Shown here: one piece after another, positions 1 to 13,628 of the stretch
How positions within the stretch are numbered: the first letter of the stretch is position 1
Layout: each line of letters starts with the position of its first letter
Origin: Octopus vulgaris
Lineage: Eukaryota
Reading direction: 5' to 3'
DNA: 64,000 nt
Assembly (NCBI GenBank): GCA_951406725.2
Contig: OX597815.1
Location: 52,762,001-52,826,000 of the forward strand
The notes under the pieces: generated by a model
What the model was told of the DNA's origin: nothing
The model's input: the letters and a program-made list of their open reading frames with translations, nothing else
Database searches by the model: none
Translations under genes and position numbers: made by a program

Positions 1-393
1 TGCAAAGGTAAGACGACACTTTTTAATCTTGGAGCTGATCAGTGGCTTCACTGCAGGTGCTCTTGCTTGTAGGTCATGTTCAACTAAACGACGAGTCACA
101 GTTTTTCGAGATAAAGTTTCTTCAGTACAATGCTCATTTCCCGAGAAACAGCAGCAGCAGTTTTAAATCTGTCCTTTTTAACCAACTTTACCATGGCACG
201 ATCTTCTCTATTGGTCGTTTATCTTGGCCTACCTGTAGACCTCCTTGCTTCACACAAACCACAACCACCGTAGATCTTAAGAATACCGTTAGCAACACTT
301 GTTAACAATCTTTGCAATAGACCCAACACTTAAATTATCCTTCTTTCGAAGCTTAATAATCTGCTGACGAATTGGTAACGGAGTAAGTGGCAT
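1..393 (-). pseudogene. Tc1 transposase N-terminal DNA-binding region, frameshifted
   Basis: Manual translation across frameshifts gives MPLTPLPIRQQIIKLRKKDNLSVGSIAKIVNK / ..RRSTGRPR*TTNREDRAMVKLVKKDRFKTA / LSRKTVTRRLVEHDLQARAPAVKPLIS..RLTFA. This has the paired-like HTH and the GRPR motif. Confidence 0.8.
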
Positions 394-735
394 TATATTA
401 ACAAAGTACACTGCGGATATTCTTACTAATGTTTAGTAAACGAACCGTCACGTAAACAAATTCAAAACATTAGAGTTCGCCGGTTAAATATACTACAACA
501 TGGAGTAAAAGCAACCGTTCTGATCATTTTGGCCGCTATGGGTTTTGCAGTAAATCACTAAATCATCCATAACGTTTGTATTATCTTCTCAAATTACACC
601 CAAATCTCAGACAATAACAAATAATATAGTATTTATTGTCTGTGAAAATTATAGAATATAAAACAACTTTGATAAAAACTTATACCTACTTTTCTGACGA
701 AAACAATGCCGTTCTGAACATTTGTACCGCAACTG
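1..735 (-). mobile_element. Tc1-like DNA transposon, 5' part (runs off the window start)
   Basis: The minus strand begins TA|CAGTTGCGGTACAAATGTTCAGAAC at 735, a Tc1-type terminus with TA target. A similar motif (ccgttctga.catt..g.ccgc) recurs at ~515-537, suggesting an IR/DR-type end. A decayed transposase lies downstream. Confidence 0.8.
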
Positions 736-764
736 TATATGTATATATATATATATATATATAT

Positions 765-1830
765 GATTCAGTTGAATTAGGTACTTAAGTTGAAGCACCA
801 AGTCTGTCCGGTAATATCCTCACAGCTCGAAGGTGAATAAAAGGCAAATCAGTAACAAGGATGTCAAGGTATATAATTTAATTCACTTATATAAGTCTCA
901 TCAGAGCCAAGTTTTAAAGACAGACGAAATTCCGTGTGAAAGAACAGCTTGATTGTAAAAAATTAATTTAAAAACCTATGTATTATGAGTGCGAGCGTTA
1001 ACTTTTCAACTACATAGAAATTACAATTAAAAAACAACAACATTATAACGGACAAAATAATTAGAATCTACAACTATCGAAAATATATGTATATATCTCA
1101 AACAGTATTAATCTTAAACAATATAATATATCTCAAAACAATCTTAAACAATATTAATCCAAACTCGTTTAGGTCGAAGACAATAGAATCTACAACTATC
1201 GAAAATATATGTATACCTCTCAAACAATATTAATCCAAAGTCGTTTAGATCGAAGACAATTTTTTTTCGCTATTATAATAACATACAACAACAATATATA
1301 GGTATATAAATTAAGTATCAAGCTCTTACTTGATCTAGAAACTGTAATAAAACGTGTTAAAAATATATAGTTGATAATTAAATTGGTAATATGTAAGAAA
1401 TCATCTACTTATTTAAAGTTATTGGTATAAAAAGATTGCTGAAAATAGCTCGTAAAAATATTCTTTGTTAACTTAATTTATCGTAGGGAGAATTCCGTAG
1501 TAAATATGAAGATAAACTTAGAGCTGCAATCCCTAAAACCTAAATTACCCCATAGATATAGAGTTAGGCTGTAATAATGGATATCAAAATTTTGCTAGTT
1601 TTTTAGAAGTACCCAGATTTGAAGTTACTTAAATAAGGATTATTATTCTTATATCATGGAAAGGAGAACTCAGTAAATAAAAATCAAGTAATATAAACAA
1701 GAACAAGGATTAAGTACCGATCCTCGATAAATATGATTAATATAATTATTTTTAGAAGTAACAAAATAATATTGTTGTAATAATAATACAAGTTATAAAC
1801 TATAAAAAACTATAATATTAATTATTGTGG
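765..1830 (-). repeat. AT-rich repeat with a PLE pseudo-LTR-like end and an internal ~122-bp duplication
   Basis: It starts at a (TA)n tract. 830-870 resembles the pLTR terminus at 51607-51645. A CTGATGA lies on the minus strand at ~898-904 with no intact GAAA partner. tagaatctacaactatcgaaaatatatgtata is repeated at ~1062 and ~1184. Confidence 0.3.
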
Positions 1831-1865
1831 TTATTAAAATTAGTAAGTCAATTAAAACTTTTCAT

Positions 1866-1883
1866 TTATTATTATTATTATTA

Positions 1884-1932
<49 letters not shown>

Positions 1933-1943
1933 CATTATTATCA

Positions 1944-2001
<58 letters not shown>

Positions 2002-2033
2002 CCTCCTCCTCCTCCTCCTCATCATCATCATCA
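1866..2033. repeat. (ATT)n/(CCT)n/(CAT)n compound microsatellite
   Basis: Directly visible. Confidence 0.95.
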
Positions 2034-3200
2034 ATTAATTAATAAATCAAATGAATATATTTACACATACGAATTATTTAGTATAATGGACACATTTTAT
2101 TTGTAATATGTAATTAATATTAAATTAGTAATATAATTAGGTATTTTACAGTAACTACAAGAATTTGCACTAGAAAGGATTCAAAATTCTGAAACAATCC
2201 ACTAAAAAATTAATTTTCCAAATTCAACATTATTATATAGATTGAGATGACAAAACTTAAAGATGTACATATACATATACACACATACATACATGTCTAT
2301 CTATCAATATATCTATCTCTATATATATGCACACACACACACACATATATATATGCATACATACATACATGTACATACATATACACACATATATATAGAG
2401 AGAGATATCTATATATAGATGTATACAACCAAAATATACACATAGATATACAAAACTGCATAGATACATATACATGTATATATATATATCTACGTACACA
2501 TAAATATTGAGACATAGATACACATAGTTGTACACATACATATACATGCATACACACACATACACATATATATATCTATATGCATAACGACATATATAAA
2601 TATAGTATTACAGATAAATACAAACTACATATAGCCAGGTATACAAATACATGCATGTATATACAAATATACGATCATTCACACACACACACACACACAT
2701 ATATATATGTATATATATATGTATATGTATGTATTTATTTATGTATGTATGCTCACATATAAATGGATACATAGATGTACAAATATATACTCATATAAAA
2801 TTTTCTAAGCACATATTTAGAATAGTGTGTACAAGCTAGAAACTTTGATTTCTCTTAAATTAAGGTTAGAATTTTCCTAACAAATATAAGTGCATAGAAT
2901 TTTCTTAGATACCTGTATACATCTAATTATTATCACAATTTGCTATATATAATGTTATGTCCAATATTATTTTTAGCAGTTTGTTTTATATATATTCTCT
3001 CTAATACCTGTACTAGTTGCCTCTCCTTAACTATAAGTCCAGCATAGTGCCCATTTGACCGTTTTTGTATTAAATAATAAGCTATAAACTGGTCCAATTG
3101 GTGTGCTTGTTGATCTTAGGGTTTTTTCCATTTTCTGAATATATATATACAGGTATCTCATATTTTCCTGTTTGTTTTCTTTGTATTTAATCCTGAAAAG

Positions 3201-3203
<3 letters not shown>

Positions 3204-3272
<69 letters not shown>

Positions 3273-3276
3273 CACG

Positions 3277-3312
<36 letters not shown>

Positions 3313-3378
3313 CATATATATGCATGTATATATATATATATGCACATGTATGTATATGTATATATATATATATATATG

Positions 3379-3434
<56 letters not shown>

Positions 3435-3522
3435 TACATGTATGTATATATATATATGTATATGTATATATATATATGTATATATATGTATATGTATATA
3501 TGTATGTATATATATGTATATG

Positions 3523-3568
<46 letters not shown>
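3204..3568. repeat. (TA)n/(TATG)n microsatellite, representative of dozens of such tracts in the window
   Basis: Directly visible. Confidence 0.95.
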
Positions 3569-3581
<13 letters not shown>

Positions 3582-3582
3582 A

Positions 3583-5230
3583 TATTAGGGAATAAATCCA
3601 AACTTACAGGGAAAAATCAGATTTAGGATTGAATCCAATTTTATAGTAAAATATTATATTATATTAAATTAGAGATAAAACCACTATTAGGCAAATCATA
3701 CAATGAAAAACTTAAGCCAATACATAAGATTATTTAATTTATATTATTTAAATATATAACAAAATTATTTAAAAAAAATAATTAATATAACACTACGATC
3801 GTTTCATGGCTGTTAATTTCTTTAAATTTTCGAGTTACAGTCATTCATCAGGTGGTTTAAATATCTAAAATATAATCAATATTTTTAAGATATAAATAAT
3901 ATATATAATATAATAATTTTACTTATAATAAACCCTATTATCAAATATGATTAAATCCAAATCGACTATAATGTTAAGTATTAATTTTAATTTATAAGGT
4001 TATAATTTATAAGGTAGGAAACCCATAATATCTATATCTAATTACATAAATATTTAAAATGATTAATATATATAAATTATCAATGAAAATATATATATAA
4101 ATATTATAATCAAGATCTAAAATAATCTCTATAAATAATTGTATATAATAAAAACCTAATAAATTTAATTTTTCATATTTAAAGATGAAATAGCTAATTT
4201 CAAAATACAAATAAACTAACTTAAACGGACTTTCAGAAATCTTATGTAAAATACTTTTAGAAATAATCAATTCTTAGTAATATAGTATCGAATAAATACT
4301 ATAAGTACTATAAATATAATTATGAATGGGAATAATTATCTAATATAAATTTAAAGAAATAACTAAGTTATGCTATTAAATTAGACATGGCCTTGACCAA
4401 TCTTTAGTCGAAACATATCTAAGTTTATCAAAGTTTATCTAATTTAATTATAAATTTAAAACTACAATTAATACTATTAAAACATGTATATACAAAGCCT
4501 AACTTAATACACCTAGTATGCTTGCTATCAAATAACAAATCTATCACTAAAAAATATCTTACGAATAAACTTAAATTTAATATCTAATAATATAGAAAAT
4601 TACGATAATTAGATCATTACATAAACAAAGGCTTATACAATATTAAAATTTACAATTTGAAGATCTTAAATAAATACATACTTAACTTGGCGAGGTTTAA
4701 TCAATGAACTAAAATTTTGAATCAAAAAACGTCTTTTACAGCGTTTATAAGAATACTCATGGAATTACGTTATTAGCAAAAAAAAGAATAAATTGTTGAT
4801 GAATTCATTACGCGTGAGGAACCTACGTTTATTAAAGATTATGAATGGAAAATTATATGTTTATCATTGTAAAAAGAATGAATTCGCAAATAAAGAATAA
4901 AATCTCTCTATACTATAATATTTATTAATAAAATAACTATGATGAATGAAACTTAATACAAAATAAATTAAATGATTTAAATGATTAAAAACCACTAATT
5001 ATTAAATATATTCTAAAAATCTTATAAGATTAATAAATACATAAAAATTAATTTATATAGTAACCCCTCTACATACTATAAATTCTTTCCCATGCCCTTA
5101 TAATTATAAGCTAAAATTAGTGATCCTAACAAATCTATAAATACTTATCAAAATTTATAGTATGATTATACATACGTATACATAAATATTTGTATTGTAG
5201 TATGATTATAGACATTTATATATCTATTTA
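3583..5230 (-). mobile_element. AT-rich non-autonomous PLE-derived element carrying a hammerhead
   Basis: It is bounded by microsatellite tracts, has an intact HHR ~200 bp from the left end, and has no credible ORF. Confidence 0.5.
3791..3854 (-). ncRNA. Type I hammerhead ribozyme (canonical core)
   Basis: Minus strand: cac CTGATGA atgactgt...acagccat GAAA CGATCG TA gtg. Stem I is cac/gtg, stem II is atgactgt/acagccat, and stem III is the palindrome ACGATCGT. Confidence 0.85.
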
Positions 5231-5467
5231 TTTATAATATATGTGCGTGTATGCATATATGTGTATATGATGATGTGTGTATATATATATGTATGTGTGT
5301 GGGTGTGTATATATTGGTGTAAGTGTATATATTGAGTATTGTATGTATGTACATGTATGTATGAGTGTGCATATGTGTATGATTGTAAGTGTGTGTATAT
5401 ATGTGTGTATATATGTATATGAATGTATGTGTGTATGTATGTGTATATGTGTATGTATATGTATATG

Positions 5468-5539
<72 letters not shown>

Positions 5540-5541
<2 letters not shown>

Positions 5542-6005
5542 ATGTAGGATAAAATTCTTTCGAAAAAAGTTTTATCAAAGGCCAGCATATTAAAAAATAC
5601 CTTTAAAGGTTAAACTTATAAACAACTTATAAATAAGGGCAAACGAAAAAATTTCTAATGCCAAATGTGCTGAACTTAGACACTTTTTTTTCTCTAGTTT
5701 CAGCTCAGAGCTGCGGCCATGCTGATGCATCGCCGTTAAGAAAATCTGTACGTCAAATTGAATTGCTTCGAAATGGATAAAAAGCGAAGGCGACCTGGGA
5801 GGAATTTGAACTCGAAATTTAAACACAGGCCAAAAACCGCCAAATATTTAGCCCGGCGCGCTAACGTCACTGCCGGCTTGCTGTCCATAACCATTATAAT
5901 TTTTTCACAATACGCACGCTACTCAAAAAAGGTTATGGACAATGTGTCTAATTTCGGCACATTTAGCATTAGAATTCTTTTCGTTTCTCCTTATTTATAA
6001 GTTAT
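5540..6005. mobile_element. Fold-back pLTR fragment (family of 50915-51420 and 60520-60851) interrupted by a SINE
   Basis: 5625-5683 is the inverted counterpart of 5943-6000. 5540-5615 matches the reverse complement of 51326-51420. 5885-5932 matches 60590-60642. Confidence 0.7.
5684..5882 (-). mobile_element. tRNA-derived SINE, family A-like, diverged
   Basis: Reverse-complement similarity to the head and centre of the copy at 33402-33615. Confidence 0.6.
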
Positions 6006-6018
6006 ATATATTTATACA

Positions 6019-7172
6019 TACGCCCCTGTTCTTGCGAACCTAATAATGGATTATTTTGAATTCACCTTATATGAAGTATCACTTCAGAAATATTGTTACC
6101 CATTTTGCCTCTACATAAGAGAAAATTGGAAGATATACCTAAATGACTGCTTTATCATTTGGAAGGAGAACATTGACAAACTTTTGCATTTCAAATCAAC
6201 ACTAAATGATATAAATAGTAACATTCAATTCACAATGGAATATAACAAAGAGCAACTCCCATTTTTAGACATCATGATAAAAAAGTTAACAATCAAATCA
6301 TAACTGACATTTATTATAAACCAACTCATTCAAAACAATATCTCCTCCTTAACTCATGCCACCCGGAACACATCATAGTAAATATCCCTTTCAATTTGTC
6401 AAAAGGGATTTGAACAATAGTGTCTGATAGAACAACTCGGGACCTTCGTCTTTAAGACCTCAGAACAACACTAACTGAAAGACAATATCCACCCTTACTT
6501 TTCGACGAGGGAATTAAATGTGCCAAACAATTAGACATAAAAACACTAAGAACAACAAAACATAACACCACACCTCATCTCAAAACATTATTATTTATAT
6601 CAACACACAACCCCAGAAACAGTGAGGTATTCAACACTATTCTGCAAAATCTTCCTTTATTAACTAGAGATCCAAAAATGAACAATATCCTGAAAACACA
6701 CAAACTCATCAAATTAAAAAAAACGAGACAAATCGCTAAAGAGACTACTAACAAATGCGAAGTTTTACAAAACAAGCACGAAACCAACGGTTAAAACATG
6801 TGGACGCCCAAACTGTGGAACCTGCCCCAACCTACTTGAAGGCTCGGATTTCCTTTTCAAACAAGGAGAGAGGTTCACAATTAAAACTAGTTTCACTTGT
6901 GTCTCTAAGGACCTAATTTATGTAATAACCTGCTCGGGTTGCGGACACAAATATATTGGATAAATGAGTATGACCTTGAGAAAGAGAACGACTCTACATA
7001 AAGAGCAAATCCGTTTCCAGCAAATCTAAGTGAACATCTAGAAATATGTGCAGATAACATCAAACCACATTTCACAGTCTTCCCCTTCTACCAGTGCAAA
7101 GACTCAATATCTCCACAAGAACGTTTAAATAAAGAAACTTTTTTCATTGAAAACTACAGAACACGTCTTAAT
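6019..7172 (+). pseudogene. PLE reverse transcriptase / GIY-YIG endonuclease remnant
   Basis: Motifs YAPVLANLIMDYFE, WKIYLNDCFIIW (degenerate YLDD), LPFLDI, TDIYYKPT, CGRPNCGTC and LIYVITCSGC..YIG, with several stops and frameshifts. Confidence 0.9.
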
Positions 7173-7472
7173 ATGCACGCAAAACCAACTTTTATCCCTT
7201 TACATATTTCAATTCACGATTACATCACTGTACACAAATCCCCTCACTAAACAAGGTTTTCAAAACGTTTTCGTCTGTACACATATATTCCCCTCCCAAT
7301 GCCGAAAGCTGAACAGTTATCTTCCTTACCCACAACAATAACAATAATAACGATAAACAATTACCTCCCCTTATTTATCTGCTTGTGGAGTCATTCATTC
7401 GTAAATATCATCACACACAACATGGATAAAATTTCTTCTTAAGAAAAAATACATATTCAAATAAGTAAAACA

Positions 7473-7507
7473 ATATCATGAATAGCGATAGCGAAACCGG
7501 TCGATAT
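7473..7507 (+). ncRNA. Minimal hammerhead ribozyme with variant A3-U8 core
   Basis: atatc ATGAATA gc-gata-gc GAAA CCGG TC gatat. It has a perfect 5-bp stem I and palindrome ACCGGT, at the expected position in the PLE 3' repeat. Confidence 0.75.
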
Positions 7508-7611
7508 ATTAAAAATTATCTTAAAACTAAGTGTGCGTATTTTCCTTTTCAATTTCTTATATACATTACAACTCACCACGTGGGGATAATTTCTCTCTGT
7601 TACTACTATAT

Positions 7612-7639
<28 letters not shown>

Positions 7640-7642
<3 letters not shown>

Positions 7643-7848
7643 AATGGAAAGTTTACGAAAATAAACAAAAGACGAAGGCAGATGGAGTACAAACAAACAA
7701 ATGCATTAGTATAGCGCTCAGGAATAGAAAAAGTCTTTTACGTTTCGAGCCTACGCTCTTCGACAGAAAGATACACAGAAAAAAAACAAGGAGAGAAACA
7801 AGGAGAGAAAAAATGCGTGTAGGAGCTAACGATCTATCATGGTGTCCT

Positions 7849-7850
<2 letters not shown>
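7640..7850 (-). mobile_element. Solo pLTR fragment of the PLE family seen at 57875-59539
   Basis: Similar to 57875-58080 and 46075-46290. It lies between (TA)n tracts. Confidence 0.75.
7734..7771 (-). ncRNA. Minimal hammerhead ribozyme, CUGUCGA (A6U) variant
   Basis: Minus strand: tcttt CTGTCGA a-gagc-gtag-gctc GAAA CG TA aaaga. Stem I is tcttt/aaaga. Confidence 0.75.
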
Positions 7851-7892
<42 letters not shown>

Positions 7893-7957
7893 TTGTATGT
7901 GTCTATGTTGTTCTAGTTATTAGTGTTGTGTTGTTGTTGTTATTATTATTATTATTA

Positions 7958-8152
7958 GGGCGGCAAGCTAGCAGAATCGTTAGCACGCTTATTTCACCTG
8001 TTTCTACGTTTTGTCTTCAAATTCCATTGAGGTCGACTTTGCCTTTCATCTTTTCGGGATCGATAAAGTAAGTACCAGTGAAACACTGGGGTCGATGTAA
8101 TCGACTAGTTCACTCACAACAAAATTCAGGCCTTGTGCCTATAGCAGAAAAG
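7958..8152 (+). mobile_element. SINE family A
   Basis: ggcggcaagctagcagaatcgttagcac ... gaggtcgactttgcctttcatc ... ggccttgtgcctatagcagaaaag, followed by an (ATT)n tail. Confidence 0.85.
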
Positions 8153-8200
8153 ATTATTATTATTATTATTATTAATATTATTATTATTATTATTATTATT

Positions 8201-8301
<101 letters not shown>

Positions 8302-8705
8302 GTAAAACAGTCTAATTCGGGTACCATGCAAGTTGAACTTTCGCAGGTTTCTTACAGAAACCTCATTCGTCCGTCTCAGTTAACTGATTAGAAACGCTGC
8401 ACGAAGTCCTAGATGGCTACTGCAAACTGGGTTAATGCGAATCACATCGTATTGTTAGACGTTAGATCGACACCAAATGTTTGAAAAAGGAAAACTTCTT
8501 GGACAGCGTGGCTGGAGAGGAACCGGGTCGTGCATTATACTCTGGCCGGTCTTCGAAGGGACTTACGAGCGTGGGTTTGGGTATATATATAAGCGTCTTT
8601 GATATCAGAATCATGATGGATGCCTGAAAGTCAATCAAAGGGCTAAAACAAGTAAAATAATATATATGTATATGTATATGTACATACATACATACATACA
8701 TACAT

Positions 8706-8796
<91 letters not shown>

Positions 8797-10274
8797 AAAT
8801 TATTGTGCATAGTTTTAACATATCGAAGTTGTTATTTATTTGATAAAGAAATATTAATTTTTTCATATAGGAATCTTAGCATTGTGATCTTATGCTAGTG
8901 ATATAAGAATATCAGCCCAAAGATCTGATACCAACGATTTACTGAAACAGTATGGATGCCTCTGTCCGGTCGATTAAGCTGCATGTGATACCAGCTAAAT
9001 TCTTTGGATGCACTTTGGCTTAAAAATAACGTGATGTGCATTGCTTGCATGTCTTTTACTATAGGTTTGCTTGATCGGGACTTATTCAGGGATAAATAAC
9101 AATCAGTTATGTTATGTAAGTATCTCACCACTATGCGCGTGATATAAGTGTGTCAACGCCAAGGTCTTATATTAGTGACACAAGTATATCAACGCTAAAG
9201 ACTAATTAAATAAGAGATGGTAATAAAACTGTCAGATTGGATGCTTTTAAATAAGGAGAAAATGAAAAAAAATGATTCATATGGAACTCTTCCTTACCAT
9301 TACGAATTAGGTTGAGGTTTTCGCCAATGTTTATTTTAACGGGCAATGCAACGAATAATAATCAGTCTTCTGGCTGACATCAAAATATAGGATATGGTGC
9401 CAACACTATTTGTGTGTGTGTGTGTGCGCGCCAAGAATTTTTGACCTTTTTGAATGCTGAGTAATTCCTGTCATACTTTTATTTGCTGCCAGAATTCAGC
9501 AAATAACCGATGTTTTTGTAATACAATATTGTTGTTTAACACCAGGTTAACCGTATCAACCTGAGATGTATATATGATCGAAGCCATTCAAGGTGTGGGC
9601 ATCTTGTCGTTTTCGGATTATTTAGTACTATATTATCAAATGTGTCCTTTTTGTAGAAGATTTGGAAACTATTTTAGCAAATGGAGTGACCTCATAGGGG
9701 TGGTCTAAGTATGGACAAGCTAGCTCTCGATGAACTATGACCATGAGTATACTGTTTCGATTTCTGGTTCCTGGGTGAGTTTAGTAGAGTTCGATCTGTT
9801 GTTCCCTTTCTACCCTCGTGGTAGGCATTGACTTTCAGTAATCAGGTTGAATATCAGACTCTTCAATCTCACTAGTCTGGGAGGCCCTGCAAAGTTCATA
9901 ATCTTTCGTCTCATTCTCAGATTAAATTAGTAAAAGCAAAATATATGAGTTGATACATGAATCGAAATAATATCGTTGATTTGGGACAAAGGCAGCGTGT
10001 CTCCCACTCAGTGGCTTTTGGCTCAAGATCTATTTACGTATTACCGGTCATTTTTGTGCCTATGTCGTTAATTTTTCGTAGGAACTCAAGGACATCACTA
10101 CTTTGCATTGATCTCCATCCCGCCAATATCTAAAAAAGAAAAAGCAAAAAACAAAACAACACAAAACACAACTATATCAAACCTGAATTGCTCGACAAGG
10201 AATGATTGCAGTTGAAAGAGTGTTTGTGGTGGGGGCTAAAACACGTTATTGTCAGGGATGTGTTATTGTCAGGA

Positions 10275-10490
10275 GCGTAAACAAACCAGCATCGGTTGTC
10301 AAGCGATCGTAGGGGGACAAACATAAACACAAAGACACACACACGTAAATATATATACACATATATACCATTTACATGACGGGCTTTCAGTTTTCGTCTC
10401 CCAATTCCACTCACGAGGCTTTAATCAGCCCGAGGCTATAGTAGAAGACACTTTCCCAAGATGCCACGCAGGGGGATTGAACCTGGTACC
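10275..10490 (-). mobile_element. SINE family B, partial
   Basis: Reverse complement of the central part of 24454-24796. Confidence 0.75.
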
Positions 10491-10518
10491 ACACACACAC
10501 ATACATACACACACACAT

Positions 10519-10602
<84 letters not shown>

Positions 10603-10965
10603 TATTTGACTACTGGAAACAGCTGTAATCCAGATTTGTTCTAATAAAGGAAATAAATGTAATGACCATTATTTATATCTTGTCTCATATATCACTCTGT
10701 GTAAAAAACAGTTAGTCTGGAGCACAACCACGGATTTACAATATAGACTTATGATCAACCGTAACCTTGAGCCCTGCAATAAGGTTACTTGTAATTTTTC
10801 ACTAATCTAAACAGTATTGTTAGCCTGGTGTGCCAACAGAGAGCTTATGAAGTATTTTGCTCGGATTGATCACCCCCCACTATTAGCTTAATAAATGTAT
10901 GTATGTATGTATGTATGTATGTATGTATGTATGTATGTATGTATGTATGTATGTATGCATGCATG

Positions 10966-11002
<37 letters not shown>

Positions 11003-11944
11003 CTTGACCGGCTGTCTGCTGATTCTGTTATCCACAACTACTTCAGAGTGGTTAAGTGCAATTAGACAATTCTCAACAGGTCAAGTTTACGTCGCCGCGT
11101 CAATTCACGCTTGAAATTACGTTATTTCATTTTATCCCTCAGAATATATGTAAAGTAACAAAATAATTCAAACATTTATACTAAAAGAAACTAAATTTAT
11201 TTTCAATAATATACTAGATTTAATCCAGCATTTACTCTCTGCAAAATACCACCGTAAAGCTGACAGGGTTCATGAATGTAGATCCCACTGCAGAGATGAG
11301 CACAATACTTTTGTACAGAATATTTTTTTGACTTCAATTCAAGATAAATTTCTAAACGTGCTACTTTTTTTTGTTATCTTGCGTGTCTTACAACATTGAG
11401 ACACCAGTAAAGGAAGACACGAAGACAATTAATGATTGGTCGCCTGCTTGGATAGTGTATACATGCAGATATGATAATAAAGATAGAAGCAAATTCTTAA
11501 AGAAGATATCAAAAGAAGAGACACTTTTTCTTTGATTCTTTTCCCATTTCATTTATTTCTTTTCTTTTAACTCTCCCTCTTTTTTTTAATAATTCATTCG
11601 TTATTCACATTCGCCTTTCATCTATACATCTTCACACTTCCTCTTTTTTATCATCTTTCGTCATTTATCCTTACTTTGCATGCATCCTACTGCATACTTC
11701 TTTTCTTGTTCCTTAACAAAGAAGGATATTATTTGGTCTCGCGTTTTTGAATTCAAACCCTGCTTGAAGCAATTGTGGTCTTCTTACAAGCGTCACCTCA
11801 TACAAGTATTCACTTATTCATAATATTATTCATCTTTGTGTAAACAATAAAGATATTTAACCTACTTGCAAGAATTTAAAGACGGTGGAGTCAGAATTAA
11901 TAGAGTACCAGAGTAATAACTTGCATTATTATAAAGTCCTTCGA

Positions 11945-12600
11945 AGATGTCGAGCTGGCAGAATCGTTAGCACGCCAGACAAAGTGCTTACTAGCATTTC
12001 GCTCGTATTTACGTTCAAAGTCCGCTGAGGTTGACTTTACATGTTATATTTCGGGAATCGATGAAATAAGTACAAGTAATGTAATGGGGTTAATGTAATC
12101 GGCTGTCCTCCTAAACATAATTTCAGTAGAAAAGATAATTACAGAATTCTTGAAGGCAGCGATCCAGCAGAATCGTTAGCACACTGGGCAAAATATTTTG
12201 GGGCGTTTCGTCCACCTTTACGTTCTGAGTTCAAATTCCTTCGAGGTCAACTTTACTTTTCATCCATTCGGGTATTTAAAGTAAGTACCAGTCAAGTACT
12301 GCGGTCTATGTAATCGACTTCTTCCTTTCCTCAAACACTGCTGGCCTTGCGCCAAAATTTGAAACTATTATTGTAGAATACTTTGAAGTCGGGGAATTGG
12401 CAGAATCATTAGCATGCAAGACAAAATGCTTAGTAGTATTTCGCCTATCTTCACGTTCTCAGTTCAAATTCCGGCAAGACCGATTTTACCTTTCATCCTT
12501 TCAGGGTTGATACAATAAGTGCCAGTTGAATACAGGTATCGATGTGATCGACTCATCCGCTTCCCTGAAACTGCCGGCCTTGTAACAAAATTTGAAACTC
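11945..12600 (+). mobile_element. Three head-to-tail SINE family A copies
   Basis: Heads (..gcagaatcgttagca) at ~11945, ~12152 and ~12385, each followed by the conserved central domain. Confidence 0.85.
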
Positions 12601-13527
12601 ATTATTATTGAAATATTCAATATTCAAATACCACTATTCAAACACCATATTGGAATAGTAGTATTTTTCATATTCAAATACCACTAGCGTCGAGTTTTCC
12701 CCCATCACTTCGAGATCGACACAATAACCAGCGATGAAATGATCAATGCACTCGATTAAACCTGTAACGGTTATATAAAATCTAGGATAGGTATAAACTA
12801 TTTTATCCTTTGTCAATTCATTTTAATCCATGTCCATCTGCCACACGCAGCCTTACCAAATCTTACAACTAATTACAATTACACCTACAACTGTTACATA
12901 TGGTGACTGCAGCGTTCCACTTATAATAGGCGATTCCTGTGGATTACGCAGTCCAGATTCAAATAAATTAGTAAGCATTTTTCCAATAGGACAAATCATT
13001 ACAATTCACAATTTAACCGTGGGCTTAATAAAAAGTGATAACAACTTACTGAGAGAGGACTAATTTACTCAACCATATACCCCTATTAAAATGTCTGACC
13101 TCATTTCTAAAGATATAAAACATTGTTTCATAAGTTAGCCAGTTGATGGTGTCTTGATGTTATGTTGTCGCTCTTTAGTTGAAAAACAGGAAATTGCTCC
13201 TTCTTAGACTTGCCATTTCCTCTTGCGGCTATTTGCTTAGTTAATAATTCAGATCAGCAACTCAGCAAATGAGAGATGTGTAGTTATATATTAAATCTAT
13301 AGTAACTTTTCTTCTCTATCGAGTCTTTATTGACATGAGTTGATGTATAAGTAACATTAACCATATAGAATGTTTAAAAGATCTCATAATCGGCAATGTA
13401 AAGGAAAGCTGTTCTCGGATGCAATTTCCATCAGCATGTACATGATAATGATGATGATGATGATGATTATCATCATCATCATCATCCTCATCAGTATCAA
13501 CGTTCACCTTCTCCTCCTCATGTTCAT

Positions 13528-13628
13528 TTCTTCTTCGTCGTCGTCGTCTTCTTCTTCTTCTTCTTCTTCTTCTTCTTCTTCTTCTTCTTCTTCTTCTTCT
13601 TCTTCTTCTTCTTCTTCTTCTTCTTCTT
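13528..13628. repeat. (CTT)n microsatellite
   Basis: Directly visible. Confidence 0.95.

Larger units (their letters stand above)
6019..7610 (+). mobile_element. 5'-truncated Penelope-like element (Neptune-like), decayed
   Basis: RT C-terminal half plus GIY-YIG, then a 3' UTR with an HHR. Flanked by TA/CA microsatellites. Confidence 0.9.

Noticed and set aside
365-720. CTGACGA words at ~364 and ~694 as hammerheads
   Set aside because: They lack a GAAA-stem III-UH partner and lie within the Tc1 element.
1825-5588. Many ORFs rich in YI/IY, HT, VC, poly-I/L/Y, poly-R/S/K/E (here and throughout the window)
   Set aside because: They are translations of (TA)n, (CA)n, (ATT)n and (CTT)n microsatellites, not genes.
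10610-10635. GAAACAGCTGTA after a TA tract
   Set aside because: Only the 3' half of an HHR is present. It is probably a truncated pLTR and is not callable as a ribozyme.
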